Below, in pieces: positions 1 to 14,600 of a stretch of DNA of 64,000 nucleotides. The notes under the pieces were generated by a model. That model was not told the origin of the DNA and did not search any database. It saw nothing but the letters and a program-made list of their open reading frames with translations. The stretch spans positions 12,896,001-12,960,000 of the forward strand of contig CAIIXF020000001.1 of the NCBI GenBank assembly GCA_903813345.2. Reading direction: 5' to 3'. This stretch comes from Owenia fusiformis. Its lineage: Eukaryota. Made by a program: the position numbers and the translations under genes. Each line of letters begins with the position of its first letter. Position 1 is the stretch's first letter.

Positions 1-1628
1 TATTTTAAAAATCACAACATCAAGACTTAAGATAGTGAATATTTCATATTCATCTACTCATGCCAATAAGGTTTACATCAAGTTAACAGTATTAATTAAA
101 ATAATTGATAAATCAAGAATAAGTTGCTTTTTTGCCTCATCAAAACACTACCGCCATCTTTCGATAATTTAGAAAATGGTCTATTAGAAATAATTAATAA
201 TTGTTATATATAAAGTGGGAGTAAACATGTTTGAAATAGCATCAATGTGTTAGTGTTACCTTTATTAATAGAGATATCGAGCTTTCAATGAGTTGAATAA
301 ATGTAATTATTTTTTCTGATTTAGTGTAACTTATCTGTGGTACTCACTTGATAATTTATATATAAGAGCTAAAATTCACGGAGTGTTAAGGTTTAGGCCA
401 GTTGAAGTATCACATGTACTTTACAGAATACAAATAGATTTATATATAATAGATAATTTGGATATTAAGAAGGATAATTGCGTAAGTAATATTTTTTTGT
501 AATTTTAACAAAATAATAGAGTTTGTACTGAACAGAGTTGAATTAGAACAGATATCAGAATTTTTTCAATGAATTGTGTAATTACAGAATGTGTAATAAC
601 ATTTTTTGCTTGTTTAAATGCATTTTTAAAATTTGAGGCACCATTTTCAATAAGGCCACTCATTTCAAAATAGCCACCAATTTTTCATAAAAAATACCAG
701 TTGAAGGATTTAATTCAAATTTTACAGTTCAAAATGGCCGCTTTTATATCATAAGAACTATATTTGTGATGACTGAAATGCCAATTATCAGATTTGGTTT
801 AGATTTTGCCTAAATATGGGTCATGTAGAAATGCTGAATTCAAAATATATATTTTTGAACAGCACAGAAACAATTTTCTAAATTTTGAGGAGAGTAAAAA
901 ACACAGTATAAGATAAGTTAAAAGAAAGACAGACAGAAATCAACATTTACAGGAATGCCTTTCTGCGATTCTAGAATTTGAAAGCTTATATGTCCAGAAA
1001 CAAAAAATGATATCCTGGTAAGATTAACGGATTGAATTTTTACATCATAAAAATGTTTTATTAACCTCGATGATATGAGTTTAGATCTGTTCTTTTTTAA
1101 AGCTTCTTAGAATGTGCGAAACAGACAAAATCAATTTACAAAATTAATCCCCTGTTGCTATTGCATATGACTACAGAATGTCGAATATCTTAATTTAAAG
1201 ATGGCAGCATGAGACGGGAGACAATCCTTATATTTTTTAATAATAAAGATGTCTCAAGAGTATACTGCAGCCAACTTGGAATAAAGAAGTTTAGTACAGG
1301 GATATTTTTCCAGAGACATTGTCCCATGTTATTTTAGTGGCATGTGTAGCAATGGGAAAAATAGGATCTAGTTTGAAAATAAATTTATTAGGCCTGGGAT
1401 TTTGTTCTTGCTGGCTTTCAAATGGTCTTGTTTGTTTTCCTATTAGTCAGCTGTTATATTCTGGCTTGATTTCTATGGACTTGCTTGTTCCTGGTCATGG
1501 TTTGCCTATTCATTATCCCATTAGAGGAAGTTCGGGGGATGCAGAGAATGTTTCCATCTTTCCATATATACATTTATTCATCATATATCCATCTGTACAT
1601 CCATTCATTCATCTGGGCAATTACTTAA

Positions 1629-2461
1629 AGGCCCCATGTAAAGTTTAAACCACTTTTGCTTATATTGTAGTCTTACCCAATGTTATCAAAGTGTGATACG
1701 TGAAACTTTTTTTTTTTAATTTCAAAAAGTGGTTTTTGATTGACTTTTTGTTCCAAAATTTAGGAATTTATTTAAAACCAACTTTTAGAGGTCACTCATT
1801 TCTTCTAATTAGCCACAATTCATACCAATGCATAGCATTCATCCTCCCATGTTTTTTGCCGAAAAAATTAAGAAAATCGGTTGATAAACAAGCGAGAAAT
1901 GAACTTATCAGTGCATGAAAATGGTTCTGAGAAAAATGCATTTCAAAATTTTAGTTCTAATAGAAACCAATGGTACAATGATATCTAAAACATAATTTGT
2001 TCTTCCTTTTAACCTGGTTAGACAATCAACATTGGTTTTTTATGAAAGTCTAGCATATTTAGAAAAGATTGACATCGAAAAAAAAATTTCAATTTTTTTC
2101 AAAAAGTTTTTGTTACCTTAGTGACATCACTAATGTTTCAAAATATTTTTGATAAGCTAAAACATTGAAGTGGCCCATTAAATATGACATTTTATTATTG
2201 AAATAGTGTGTCTTTTGTTCAATCTTTGCATTGGTGTTAAAAAGATAATCTTTTTTGAAATGCATTAAGAAATATTTGATGATTAAGAAATTTCAACTTT
2301 TTTTGAAAAATGGCGGGAAATTTGAATATTTGAGAAATGAAATGCTCACAACTTTTTTTCAAAATTTTTTTTTTGTTCAAAAATCTCTAAAATCACTTTT
2401 TAAGTCCTTACAAATAGTAAATGAATGATAAAAAAATATTTTCAAACTTTAGACGGGGACT
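1629..2461. mobile_element. Non-autonomous DNA transposon, Kolobok-like (TTAA target)
   Basis: Imperfect TIRs AGGCCCCATGTAAAGTTT / AAACTTTAGACGGGGACT, flanked by TTAA at 1625-1628 and 2462-2465. It interrupts an older repeat whose intact form is at about 6660-6695. Confidence 0.75.
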
Positions 2462-5400
2462 TTAAATACCGTTGGCCAAATAGCCTTAACCATATTCTCT
2501 CTAATGAGGGTACAGTTCAAATGAGCGCATATGCCACTTTTATATTGAATATGTTGAAATAAATACAGGAGCTGTGGTGTATGTAAAATGCTTATTGGAA
2601 TCTCTCAATATCTTACCCTTTTAAAGTTCTGCACGAAAGTCGATTTTCAAAATGACCACCAGTTTCAAAATGGCAAGTTTACAGTACTTTAGGAACAACA
2701 TATATAAAACTGTAATATTATTATGTGTTTCCAATAAATAAATAAAAAAAATAGGATATTGATTATGTTGAAAATCTAATTATTCAAAAGAAATCGGTTT
2801 GTAGGTGGCCATATTTCAAAATGGCTGCCATTTTTTATTTGTGTTATTCTTTGTTTTTCAGTATAACCCGAAAAGTAATGGAGTGATTTTATTGAAATTT
2901 GATATGACTACTTAGAAACATATTACTCATTTTAATGACAATTTGGCTAGTGAGCGGCCATTTTGAAAAATGGTGACCATTTTTATGTGTGTTATTTTAT
3001 GTATTTTTGCTATTTACGTAAAAGTAGTTAAGCGATTTTGTTGTAATTTTATTTGTGAATAACTTGAAGCATATTACACTTTCTCATGATGATTTGTCTA
3101 GTAAACATGGTGTATTGTGTATAGAACAATCATACAAGCCTGATCGCTTGCATAAAAAATATCCATTTAAAGAATGCATAGCTTTATTATTAACACCATT
3201 TGAATATAAAGTTGGACTTTTTCCTGTATTAAGCAGAAACATTTTGCTGAGTGAGCAAAGGAATCATGGGTCAATTTTAGTTTGCTTCGGCTTTTTGAGT
3301 CTCATGTGACTGTCAGTATTGAGATTTGACATTGCAGTGATTAGTGAAGTGGAGTTTGGATTGATTTCAAAGTCACACAGTTTTTCCAAGATATGCTATA
3401 AAAGTGTGTAGATTTAGGTTGCCATAACAACAGAACCTTTTAATTTTCTGAGAAGAAGCTCAATAAGTAATAGTCGGATTGACTTTTTAGTCATACAGTT
3501 CTGAAACATATGCCTAATCATTGAATACCCAAAATGACAGATATTTCTGTCACAGAATTTTTAACTAACTTTGACAATTTTATCCAATTCTCAAAAATAG
3601 AAAATGCTCTGGTTTCAAACACCTTTAGAGGCTTCTATCCAAGAGGTAAAAAGTCAGATTGACTTGAAACTCATACAGCAGATACTTACAGAGAAGTGAT
3701 AAAAGTGTTCAGATTTTAAACAGTATTTGTTTCCCTAGCAACAATTTACTACTTGTACTTGTAACATTTTTGATAAGTAATAATAATGGCCTAATGAATT
3801 TAAACTCAAGACAGGCATGCTCCTAAAATGCTCATACACTTGAGGTTTCTAGGCAATATCTGTTGCCATGGCAATGAGACTTATGAGACTTTAACTTGTA
3901 AGATCTATATAATATTAGATGAACAGGTGTGGGATCAGTATGTTGACTCGAAGCATACATACAGGCAGTGAATCGCCAAATATTCACTCTATGTACAATC
4001 TGTTACCATGGAAATGGATTATCTTTATGAATATATCAAATTGAATAATGAAGATAAATATGAATAAATATCAAAGAAAAAGTATAAAATATTTACTAGG
4101 GGAGAGTGTAAGAACCACTATCTTTCACATGGGGTATATTGATTTAAACAAAATTCAGGGAATATATTTAAGTTGGACACATTGCATTACCAATGTGCCC
4201 CGAGGCAGCCTTTAACTAAGCCAATTCTCTTTAATTTGAATAAATGATCTACCGTCAGTTTTTATTTAATTGTTAACTTTTATATTGCTGATGACACTTC
4301 CATTCATTTACCTGTTCCCAAAATACATAGTTTTACATAATACCCATGTATATACCCATAAAATTGTAAATGATTTAAACATTTTTAAATCAAATAATAA
4401 ACTTTGCAATTATAACACCATTCATCAATCACATATACTCTCGGTACAGTGATGTGACTGACCAGGAAACTTCCCATATGCCCTTGCTGTCCAGTATACA
4501 AACTTCCTCAATGTATAAATGTTTCTCAAAGAATGTATCAACAGGGGGAGGGCAATAATGCTTCTAAAGCCTATATATATATATCTTTTATTGACTCTGG
4601 AGATGTCATTTCATGACATATTAGTCACTAAGGTAGAGCAGTTCTTCCCATTGTCAAGTTGAAGAACTGGTATCTTTATCCTGGCTAGAACCATAGACAA
4701 TTCTAGCCAGCGCCAGCCTTTTATCGAGTTAGCAGCACTCTTATAATCGAATCATCCAAATCGTTGTGCTGATTACATAAGTACATAATGTTTACTAGAC
4801 TTCAACTCAAAACCTTTTGAAAATAATATTGTAAACAGGAAAAGGTCACATGTGTGTATGGATACAATTGCCTTTGTACGCCTTTTTGCTCTTTTGATGA
4901 TGTCCTCAGTCTATCTTAGTTGTTCAAATGATGTACATGCTTGTGTGTCTACCATTGTTGACTGCTTGCAGACGTGGTGATGAGTTCCTATCTTTATGTC
5001 ACCACCAAGAAGCGGTGATACTGGGCGGTGATATATTGTCATTGCCTCCATTTATTGTGACACTGCTTGCTGGTTGGTATTCAGTGTTTGTTACAAATGG
5101 TTACACGTTTGCAGCCAGGTAGCGACATTTTATGACATAAATTGTTGATCTTGCCCACAATGTCTTATTGCTATGTTGCGGAAATTATAACCGGAAATAT
5201 GAAATCCTATCATCTCTTCTTTCGAGGATACGTATAACTTTGAGCGGATGTCAAACTATCATACATGTTTTCCATTTTTGTAAATGCACAGTATAAGACA
5301 AACTTTCTGCAGTGTTCCTCGTAAGTGTTCCTCCATGCCTTTCTGGTACGCCTTTATGCATTCATTGGAATTGTTGTTTAGATGGCATTAAGTACAAATG

Positions 5401-6599
5401 TCTTAATAAATAGTCTTCCTTTTCACTCATATTGCACTGCACAAGTTAGCTGATATATTTACTGTCTAGCACACAGGAAAGCAATATTGCCATCACGTTG
5501 AAAGGCATGTGACAGTAAACAGTAACCTGAGCCATTTCCTCCGACGCATTCCCCGCACTCCCCCGATAAATTAATCAGTAAGAATCCATGTTATTACTCA
5601 TAATGCTGTAATTGTGCACTCTGATATATTAGATATTGGTTTCCTGGACCCAGTGGTTTCCCATAATTGAATCTTCCCATGTAATATTATGTGTTTTTCA
5701 GGATACATGTCTGAGAATTAATGCAATGTAGAAAGTAGACGGTATCTTGTGATTTTATACAAATAGGGGTGTTGACATCATAAATTATACCTAATGCTAT
5801 TAATTGTTCATTAATTCAGTTCTTTTCTGTATATTATATATAATATAGATAATATTTAGGTTTTAAAAATAGGAGTCTATATATTTCATTGTTGGTTAAT
5901 TTTCAGAATAACCGAATTATCCCAGCAATAGTTTAATCCCAAGATTGTACAGAGATACATTCCATTCATGAAAGTAGTTCGTTAAATTATTCCTTCATAA
6001 ATTACTTACAAAGAATACCATCTTTTGATTGGTTCAAACGTTCACATTGATTATTAAGTGTCTCACACGTACGTCTCGGTCCCTATTGTTACAACAAAAC
6101 ATGTATATAATCTTCTACCAATAGAATGTAATGACATATCTAATATCAGTTATTGTTGGAATTAATGCCTATTTATTTCAAGATCAAGCCGTCACAGACT
6201 ATTAATATGGTATAGCACAAAGGGACATTTGCGTCATTGGTTTGATTATTTCAGATAGCGCATGGCAGAAAGTGTTTTATTATTCTCTTGGGCTGTATCC
6301 TGATACATTTGCTGTGTGGGTAGCAGTGATCTCCAACATACTTGTTCGCTGGTTTCGAGGTCAAGTGTTTTTTGAATTGATTTCAAATTTTCAGTCGCTA
6401 TATTTTGGGCATGCTGGTTTAATTTAAAGGTGGCATTTTTGGATTTTTATGTCACCACCACCACCACAAGTGGTGACATATTGTTATAGTTTCCAACTTT
6501 TCTGTTGGCAGTGTTCAGCAGTTCGCATTTGGCATTCAGAGTTTGGCATATGTAGCAAATGGCAGGTGGTGACGCATTCAGTGTAAAATATGTACCTTG

Positions 6600-7290
6600 T
6601 ATCACTCCTTTTGAGGGAACACCTTTCTCTGTCCATTCGTCCTTACATCTGTTCATCCATCTTGGAAATAACTCAAATACCGTTAGCCCAAATTTGTTCA
6701 TATTTTGTACACATATGTCCTATACATATATGGGGGTAGAAGTTCTGCTTGAAAGCTGCTTTTCAAAATAGCTACTCATTTCAAAATAGCCACCATTTTA
6801 GTGCCGATTTTACAGTAATTTTGGTACAATATATAAAACTGTAATGGCATTATGTTTTAAATGTAAAAAAAATATATAGGACATTAATAAAGCTAGAAAT
6901 GTAGATATTTAAGAAACACATGCCAGCCATCTTGAAAAATTAAATATTTTTACAATTTTTGCTATTAATTGAAAAGTAATTTAGTGATTTTGTTCATATT
7001 TGATATGTGAACACCCATAAGCATGGCACACTATCTTATGACACTGTACTTTGGTTAGTAGGCAGCCATTTTGAAAAATCGCTCTCATTTACATGTACGT
7101 GTGTGCGATTTTGTTGAAATGTTATATGTGCCTACTTAGAAGCATATAATACTTTTTTATGACAATTTGGCTAGTGAGCGACCATTTCGAAAATGCTGTC
7201 CATTTTTCGTGTGTTATTTAAGATTTTTGCTGTAACTGAAAAAGTAGTTGAAGGATTTTGTAAAAATGGCAGCCATGGTTGTTGGATGGG
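6600..7290. repeat. Dispersed repeat rich in AAAATGGC(G/A)GCCATTTT motifs; relatives at about 640-780, 1560-1628 plus 2462-3100, and 51950-52250
   Basis: Clear local similarity, for example 7150-7270 versus 2930-3060, and 6830-6900 versus 2700-2780. Confidence 0.65.
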
Positions 7291-8617
7291 ATTTGCTATG
7301 CTTTGGCGTCGCTGTTATCTAGTTCACCCTGATATATTACCCTACAATAACCCTAAGTTCAATAATATTGATATTTCTTGTGGAGGGACCTGTATTTTGT
7401 TTAATATACATTCACTCAGTGGTCAATAAGTTTTTAATTAGGAGTGCAGAGATTATTTCAGGCATTGAGACTTTTTGACCTACCCTGTGTGTAGCCCTAT
7501 ACATTATAACACAGAATATCTTTATATTGTTCACCTACCCATTCTCCAGTATGATTAAGGAGATTGTAATTATAGAAGCCATTTGGGTAGCAATTGTGGG
7601 CAAAATAGTTGGAATCAAGGTAGCTTGTTTTTAAATATTGCCCCTTGTTCATTTTGTGTCATACTCATGGATATCAGTGTACTGTATCTCTATCCAGTTC
7701 TTGCAGTAAAACCTATTCACTAGGTTTCCATTATTTCGGGGATATTTAATTTAATACAGCCTATTTACCTCAAAAAGTTGGTCAAAGATGACGAGGATTA
7801 GATTCACGATTTCTCATGGGTAGGTGTGCAGGTATAATTTAAAAGATGAAGCCATCATAGCAGTCACATGTCGAAACAGGTGCCTTGTTAAATCCATCCG
7901 CTGCTATCTGATATATAATGAATAGTGTAACTGCCTTTCATTCATAAATCCAATGTGGGAGTACAATTTACTAAAATAGTGGAAGTTACATACAAGTGCA
8001 TTCAAAACATTGTTTAGTTTCATTCATTCGTCTTAAGTCAGTGTTTTAGGGCAATAGGATTTACTGGAGCAAAGTTTGTATCTTTATAATTATATTTTGT
8101 TTTATTTATTTATTTATTTGAGTTATATTTGTTCAATAGTTGTCATAAAAAAAAAATATATGTAGTTTGTTAAATACATATGTGTTGTTTGTAAAATTTA
8201 ATGAAGAATTAGATTACATGCTAAAACAATAAGTTCTTATTGATTTTGTCTCGCCAAGACATGGGACATCAAGATCAGGTTTTATATGGCACAGTGGACA
8301 TGTACTCTTAATATATTGATTTAACTGACGTGTTTGTAAAATTGATGTTCAATTGCTTTCAGATAAAAAAAATTCAAAAATACAACTAAAAATTTGAGTT
8401 TGTTTTTATTACATGATATTATTGATTGTATTGACTTAGTTTTACTCAATATAATTTTTGGTGATCTTCAAGCATCTAGAATTTGAAATCAAAATAAATA
8501 TACTGTGATATTACTTTTAAGTTTGTAAAAAATGAAAATGGCTAACAATGGCTGAATCAGCTTGAAAAGGTCTTAATCAGGAGACTTTCTTCAACTATTT
8601 TTTATGTATATTTACAG

Positions 8618-11600
8618 ATACTGTGTGTAAAGGTCCAGAGCAGACCACACCAGGGGATGTTGCAATAAAGTCTACAACAACAACAACTAGTCAACAACAA
8701 AAATACCAAAAACAACAGCAAACGTATACAGCCTGCAGTGATAACCCTGAAGCAATACATAATTCTAATAATAACACAAACAACGAATCTGAAATTAATG
8801 GTGCCAAAGAATTAAATGGAAAAACTGCACGATATGACCTGTGTTTGGGTAGCATCAGTAATGGCATATCTGGCCTAAAATCATTGAGCTCTACCCAGTT
8901 GAATCATACCACCCCTAAAAAACGAGGGCGGAAGGGAGTTAGTGTGTCAAAAAAGACTTGTAGCTATTGTGGAAAAGTCGCGAAAACTCCAGCAGCCTTA
9001 CAGCGTCATTTACGGAAACATACTGGTGAACGGCCTTTTGTTTGTCAGGTAATTTCATATTGCCATGCTTAATTATTGGCTTTTTTACTTTAATTTCTAA
9101 TTAAATTCCCTGAGAATTTATTGCATTCTTGTATATGTCATTCTCAAATAAAATCTGTGAAGAAGTGACACTCTGGCACAGCATTCATCCAAGAAAATGA
9201 ACATAAACAATTAAACATCAACAGAAAAAAATCAGATATTAACCATGGAATTATAGATGCACTTTGGGATATGATGGTAAAATCTGTAAAATACTGTGGA
9301 CATATTCATGTAGCTATTTATTAGCAAACTTTCTCATGAAAAAATAAATGTTGCAGATTTGTTGAATTTTCTAGCAGAAATTGGTTACCCCCTCCATTCA
9401 CTTTTTCTGATTTCCAGGCTTGAATGTTTCATTTTGATTACCATGATTTAATGTTAGAAACAATGTCTAGTACCCCCTTTTCCCCACCTAGATAAAACCT
9501 ATATAGGCTAATTCCTTATTGTTGTTTCTTTTTAATTTCAGAATAATATTACTTATTCAGCACTCTTTAAAATTGCCAAGTTACATGTATATACCTAAAT
9601 ATCATGGCAAAATATTATTTAAATGATGAAGACTTTTTATTGGCCTTTTATGGAATTAAAAAAACATTGTATATTATCTCATTGATATTGTCAACAAGTA
9701 TAAGCCTGGCCATAGGAAAACCGGTCTTATCACAAAAAGTAAAATTGAGCTACAGAGCCAAAAATGTGCCCAAGATTAAGAGGAAAATGTGCTAAATTCA
9801 AATCAGACTTTTTGGTCTATATATGCAAGGAAAGATTGTCAGGACATAAGCCATGGCTCATTTGAAAGGTCTCTTTGTGCTTTTTAAGATAAACAAAAAA
9901 TCAGAATATTGAAAAATAAGACCCCTTTTTCTGTGGCCTGGCTCATATATAATTTTGAAATAATTTTGACCACATTACTGATAAAATAAATATACTGTTT
10001 ATTGTAAAACATCAATGTATAATTTTTCATTATTTCATATCATTCATGTCATTTCTTTCTTGCAGCGCTGTGTGCCACCCAAGTGTTTCAAAGCCAAAAG
10101 AAGTCTACAATACCATCAATTGGGCCATCACAAGATAAAACCAAAACCTTCAAATTATCGTTTTCGACTAAGATCTGGTGGTGGTGAAAACTTAAACGAG
10201 AATCTTGATAATCTTACTAAAGAATGCCCAAATATGGCTGTGTTACAGCCACCCAGTGATTTGCGGTGTTTAACTTCAAGAATGTCAGGAATTGATCGAG
10301 AGGTCCCCGATGATAAACTTAGTATGCAAAGGTACTATAGAGAATCTCTAGGGCTAGAGTTAATTCAGTCAGTACCCTCTGATGCTACCTCGGACAATGG
10401 AAATACCTCTAAACATGAAGACAAAGATGAGGAAATCTCTAGTCAAACCCCTGCCACTACTGATCAACCCATGACCTCTAAACCTGAACTTCCTGTCCAT
10501 GAAATACAAAAGGAAGACCCCGTGGAAAAAGCTGAAAGCATTGAACCAGAGCAGAGATCTCCATCCGAAGTGGATAATGAGAGCTTATATAAAGATTTAT
10601 CCCCCGATGAACTAAAGAAGGTGGAACTATCACTAACATCACGTCATTGCCAATTCTGTGGGAAACATGGTTCAAAACCTAGTGACATGAAGCGCCATCT
10701 TATGGTCCATACAAATGAAAGACCTTTCAAATGTCAGGTTAGTTATTTCTATGGTGTCAGACACATCTCATATGACATAAAGAGCATGCACGATAGATCA
10801 ATTATCTATACATCATATTTTACTTATTTATATCAAATTGCTAAATTGTCGTGACTTAATATGTCACGGTGCTAAAGCATGAGTTTTTATCCGAAATAAC
10901 TATGATGAATTATATTAAATCAAAATGAATCACAATCCAACAGAATCTGAATTTTAAAAAACACATCAATGTAACAAGGTGAACTATCAGTAAAACAAAT
11001 CTCTTGTTTTGATTCCAATTTTAACCTAATTTGAAACTTAGATATTTAATTTGAGACGGCATACTAATTAGATTTTATTTACAAATATTATAAATGTGGC
11101 ATACTAAGCCCTCATGACCCCCATCCTATTTTTCTGTAACAACTTGACTAAACTTTGCAAATAGCAGAAAAGTCGCTTAGTTTAAAAAAACATGACATGA
11201 AAAATATCATCAATTATTATAATTGTATTGATAAAGTGACAAGATATTTCATCTTCTTTGAGTCTTGAATTACTCCTTTGAGTCTTTTTATGAAGACTTA
11301 CTTTAGTATCACAAACATGTGGGATATAGTTTTCACTTAGAATTGATTTAAAGTGAAAAAAAAAAGTTTCTCATCTTGACTTATTGATAGATTCATGTAT
11401 CCTGAAATTTTACAATTTTTTCATTTCTCAAAGAACATACAAATAAAATACAATATTATTGCCTACATTTTTCAACATCGTGGGCAACATATATTTTACA
11501 AATAAAACAGAAAAGCCAAGTAGAATACAAGTTCAAATATCTAAGAATAAAATCAACAGAATCTCTATATTTGGATTTGTAACCAAAACATAATAGTCTT

Positions 11601-14600
11601 GTCATCTAATTATTGTACAAAACAAAATAATACAATACAAATGATATGAACATACAATTTAATTACTAAGTCACTTTTTTTAACATCAGTCATTATCGCT
11701 GAATTTCATGCTGTGTTTTCATTAACCAATATTTAAATCAAATTTTGTTTTCCGAATATTAGTACAGAACCACAGTAAGAACATACATGTTTTTTCTATT
11801 TTTGAAATAATAACATAAGCTGCCAAATTATAATCAAAATAAATAGAACTTGATATAATACCTTCAGGTGCATTTCATATTAAATACGTCCACATAAGTG
11901 ATTGTTTTCTTGTAATGATTGCTTTCGGAGTAATTGTATATGCTTCGTATTATATTATTTTATTACATTATATTACATTATATCATATAATACATTATAT
12001 TATATCATATTATATTATATTTTATCATATTATACTATATTATACCATATATTATATCATATTTCATTATACTATATTATCTCACATCATATATTATATT
12101 ATAGATATTAGACAGTCTCCGTTTGAATAATCATTTGACATTTTTTATGTCAATTTTTTTTTTGTTCTAGGTGTGCAGTAAAGGTTTCAAGGCAAAGGGA
12201 AGTTGTAATTACCATGAGAAGGTGGCTCATGGTATTGAGGTAGAGCTTAGCCAGGGCTTACAGGAGCGCTACCTCAGACTTAGAGCCAATCAGAAACTTA
12301 AGCGAATCTCACAAGCATATGAGAATATGGACATGTCCGAGTTTACTGAGGACAGTGAACTTGATAAAGTTGAAGTGAAACAGGAAGCAGGTGATAAAGA
12401 CATTGAATCAAATGTTACTGCACAGCAAGCAAAAGCTTGTGCTCTTGTTGATAAGGTACCAGATGATAAAGATCAAACTTCTGAGTCAATTGCCCCTACA
12501 GTAGAATCTTTTAGTAAACCTATGATCTCATATTTTGATAAGCAAGCTGATGATACCAAAGAACGATTCACCAGAGATGAAGTTATAATTAAACCAGAAG
12601 ATGGTGACTTCACTGATACATATAGCATAGACAATCAATCTAGTTATGTAGAGTGTGGTACCCCATCTGGTCATTCTAACCCAGACCCAGAGAGTCCATC
12701 ACTACAGACTTTAAACATAGAAAAGGAAGAAGTGGTTGTCAGTAGGATTACAGGCATTAGCAAGAAAACTGGCCTTAAAGCTAAATTCTATAAGTGTCAT
12801 TTATGTTCGAAACACTACAATGACTTTGGTAATCTTCAGAGTCATTTAGTGATACATTGTTTCAAGAAACACACGCAGATGTACCGGTGTGAGAAGTGCA
12901 ATGTTGGCTTCACTAAGCAAGCCCTTCTACTTAGGCACAAAGTGAAACACAAGCTTCAAGAAACAATAAAAATTGACAATCAGTCACAATTAGCAGAACC
13001 AGTCATTGTAGAATCTCCGTTACTTAAGCCAGAGGAAGTAAAAGCTCTCACAACTGATAAATCATCTCCTGAAAAGATCTACGCATGTCAGTATTGTAAT
13101 AAATGTTTCGATCGTCTGTTTTCCCTTCAGAGGCATGAGCGTGTACACACTGGGGTTAAACCATGCTTCTGTAAGGCATGTGGTAAAGGGTTCAGCGAGC
13201 CTCGCAATCTAAGACAACACATCATGAGATTTCATCGTGAGCAAAGTCACAAGCTGATCACATATAGTAGAAGACGTGTGCGCCCTCTATCCTCTGAGGA
13301 ATCCCACTCATCACAACAACGGGGCACAAGCATAGCCTCTGAAGACACTGAAGTCACAAGTCCAAGTAAATACTCAGAAAGTTTGCGAACCGACAGCGTG
13401 GATTCTGTGTATGCCAGCATGTTAGGTGCAGATGATGACATCACAGTAGTAATTCCATCTGATGCTCCCATGGAAGTTGAACCACAGACTCCTGGTTCAA
13501 ACAGTTCCGACTCTGTTTGGTCGTCTAATTCCTCATTGTGTGAGGTCTCCCCTGGAAATGAAATACTTTCTGCTCCTGTAAAATCAATGTTATATAAGCC
13601 TCGAGAAAAAGTGAAACGTAAGATGCTGATGCCCACAAAGGCTTATCGTGATGAGGATGATGAAACTCCATGTCTGCCAAAACAACGGACTATGTTTGAA
13701 TATCCTCCACTGGATAAAGGCGAAGATGAGGAGAAAGATATTCCCAGTGAGAGTCAGGCAAAGGATACTTATGAGACAATAGAAACAAAAATAGCACACA
13801 AACCATTGGAAGCAAAAAGCCAAGCTGATCCAGTAATCATCAAAACTGAACATTCAACAGTCACAACTGAGGAATCTCCTGATATCAAGCCTAATGTAAA
13901 CCCTCTAGCATTTGTTCCTAAACCATTTGGTACGTTTCCTACAGAAATATTTTCTCCCTATATGTTTCCAATGGTCCCGAATATGCCAAAAGTCAGTCCT
14001 AACCTTATCAGCTTTCCAGATATGCTACCATTCTTTCTTGGAGGGACAAGAACCCCTAACCTTCTCAATGCATCAAGGTTTCCACCCCCAACCACCTCAC
14101 CATCGTCAACCCCAGCAATTAAAATCTCCACCGAAACTAGTGCCACTAGTGCCAAATCACCCACACTGTCAAGTCCAACCAGAAGAAGTAGTTCCTCCCC
14201 ACCTAGTGACAATGAGACTGGAGAGGATCGCAAGGCAACATCACTTTCCAGAACTCACTCCCGGTAAGAATGCATGCACATCATTTAGTTTTATGTGATA
14301 TCTGGATATATCAAATCCAAAGCACACCTTAGAAATTATACTGATCCTATTTTCAGTAACTTAATTAAATCTGAATGGTCATTATTTCTATTTGATTGGG
14401 TGTGTGCTATGTTATACTGTTATCATGTATATTGTTCAAAATAACCACTCATCTCAGCCCATTCCTTATATAACAAAAGCCTTTTTTTGTGCAGTCTTTT
14501 GGCCTCTTGTCTGCCAAAGAGTTGCCCTTTCCATGATGTCTGCTGTCTGACCATTCCTTGAAAACACATGTTATTGAAAAGCTCCAACCACTTGTTAAGT

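Noticed and set aside
1-8617. Upstream exons of the zinc-finger gene, and short ORFs in this interval
   Set aside because: No convincing phase-compatible coding exon was found; the ORFs overlap repeats or lack motifs.
11902-12130. Tyr/Ile/His-rich ORFs
   Set aside because: Microsatellite translation.
13247-14298. Antisense and alternate-frame ORFs over the large zinc-finger exon
   Set aside because: Shadows of the real exon with no independent motifs.
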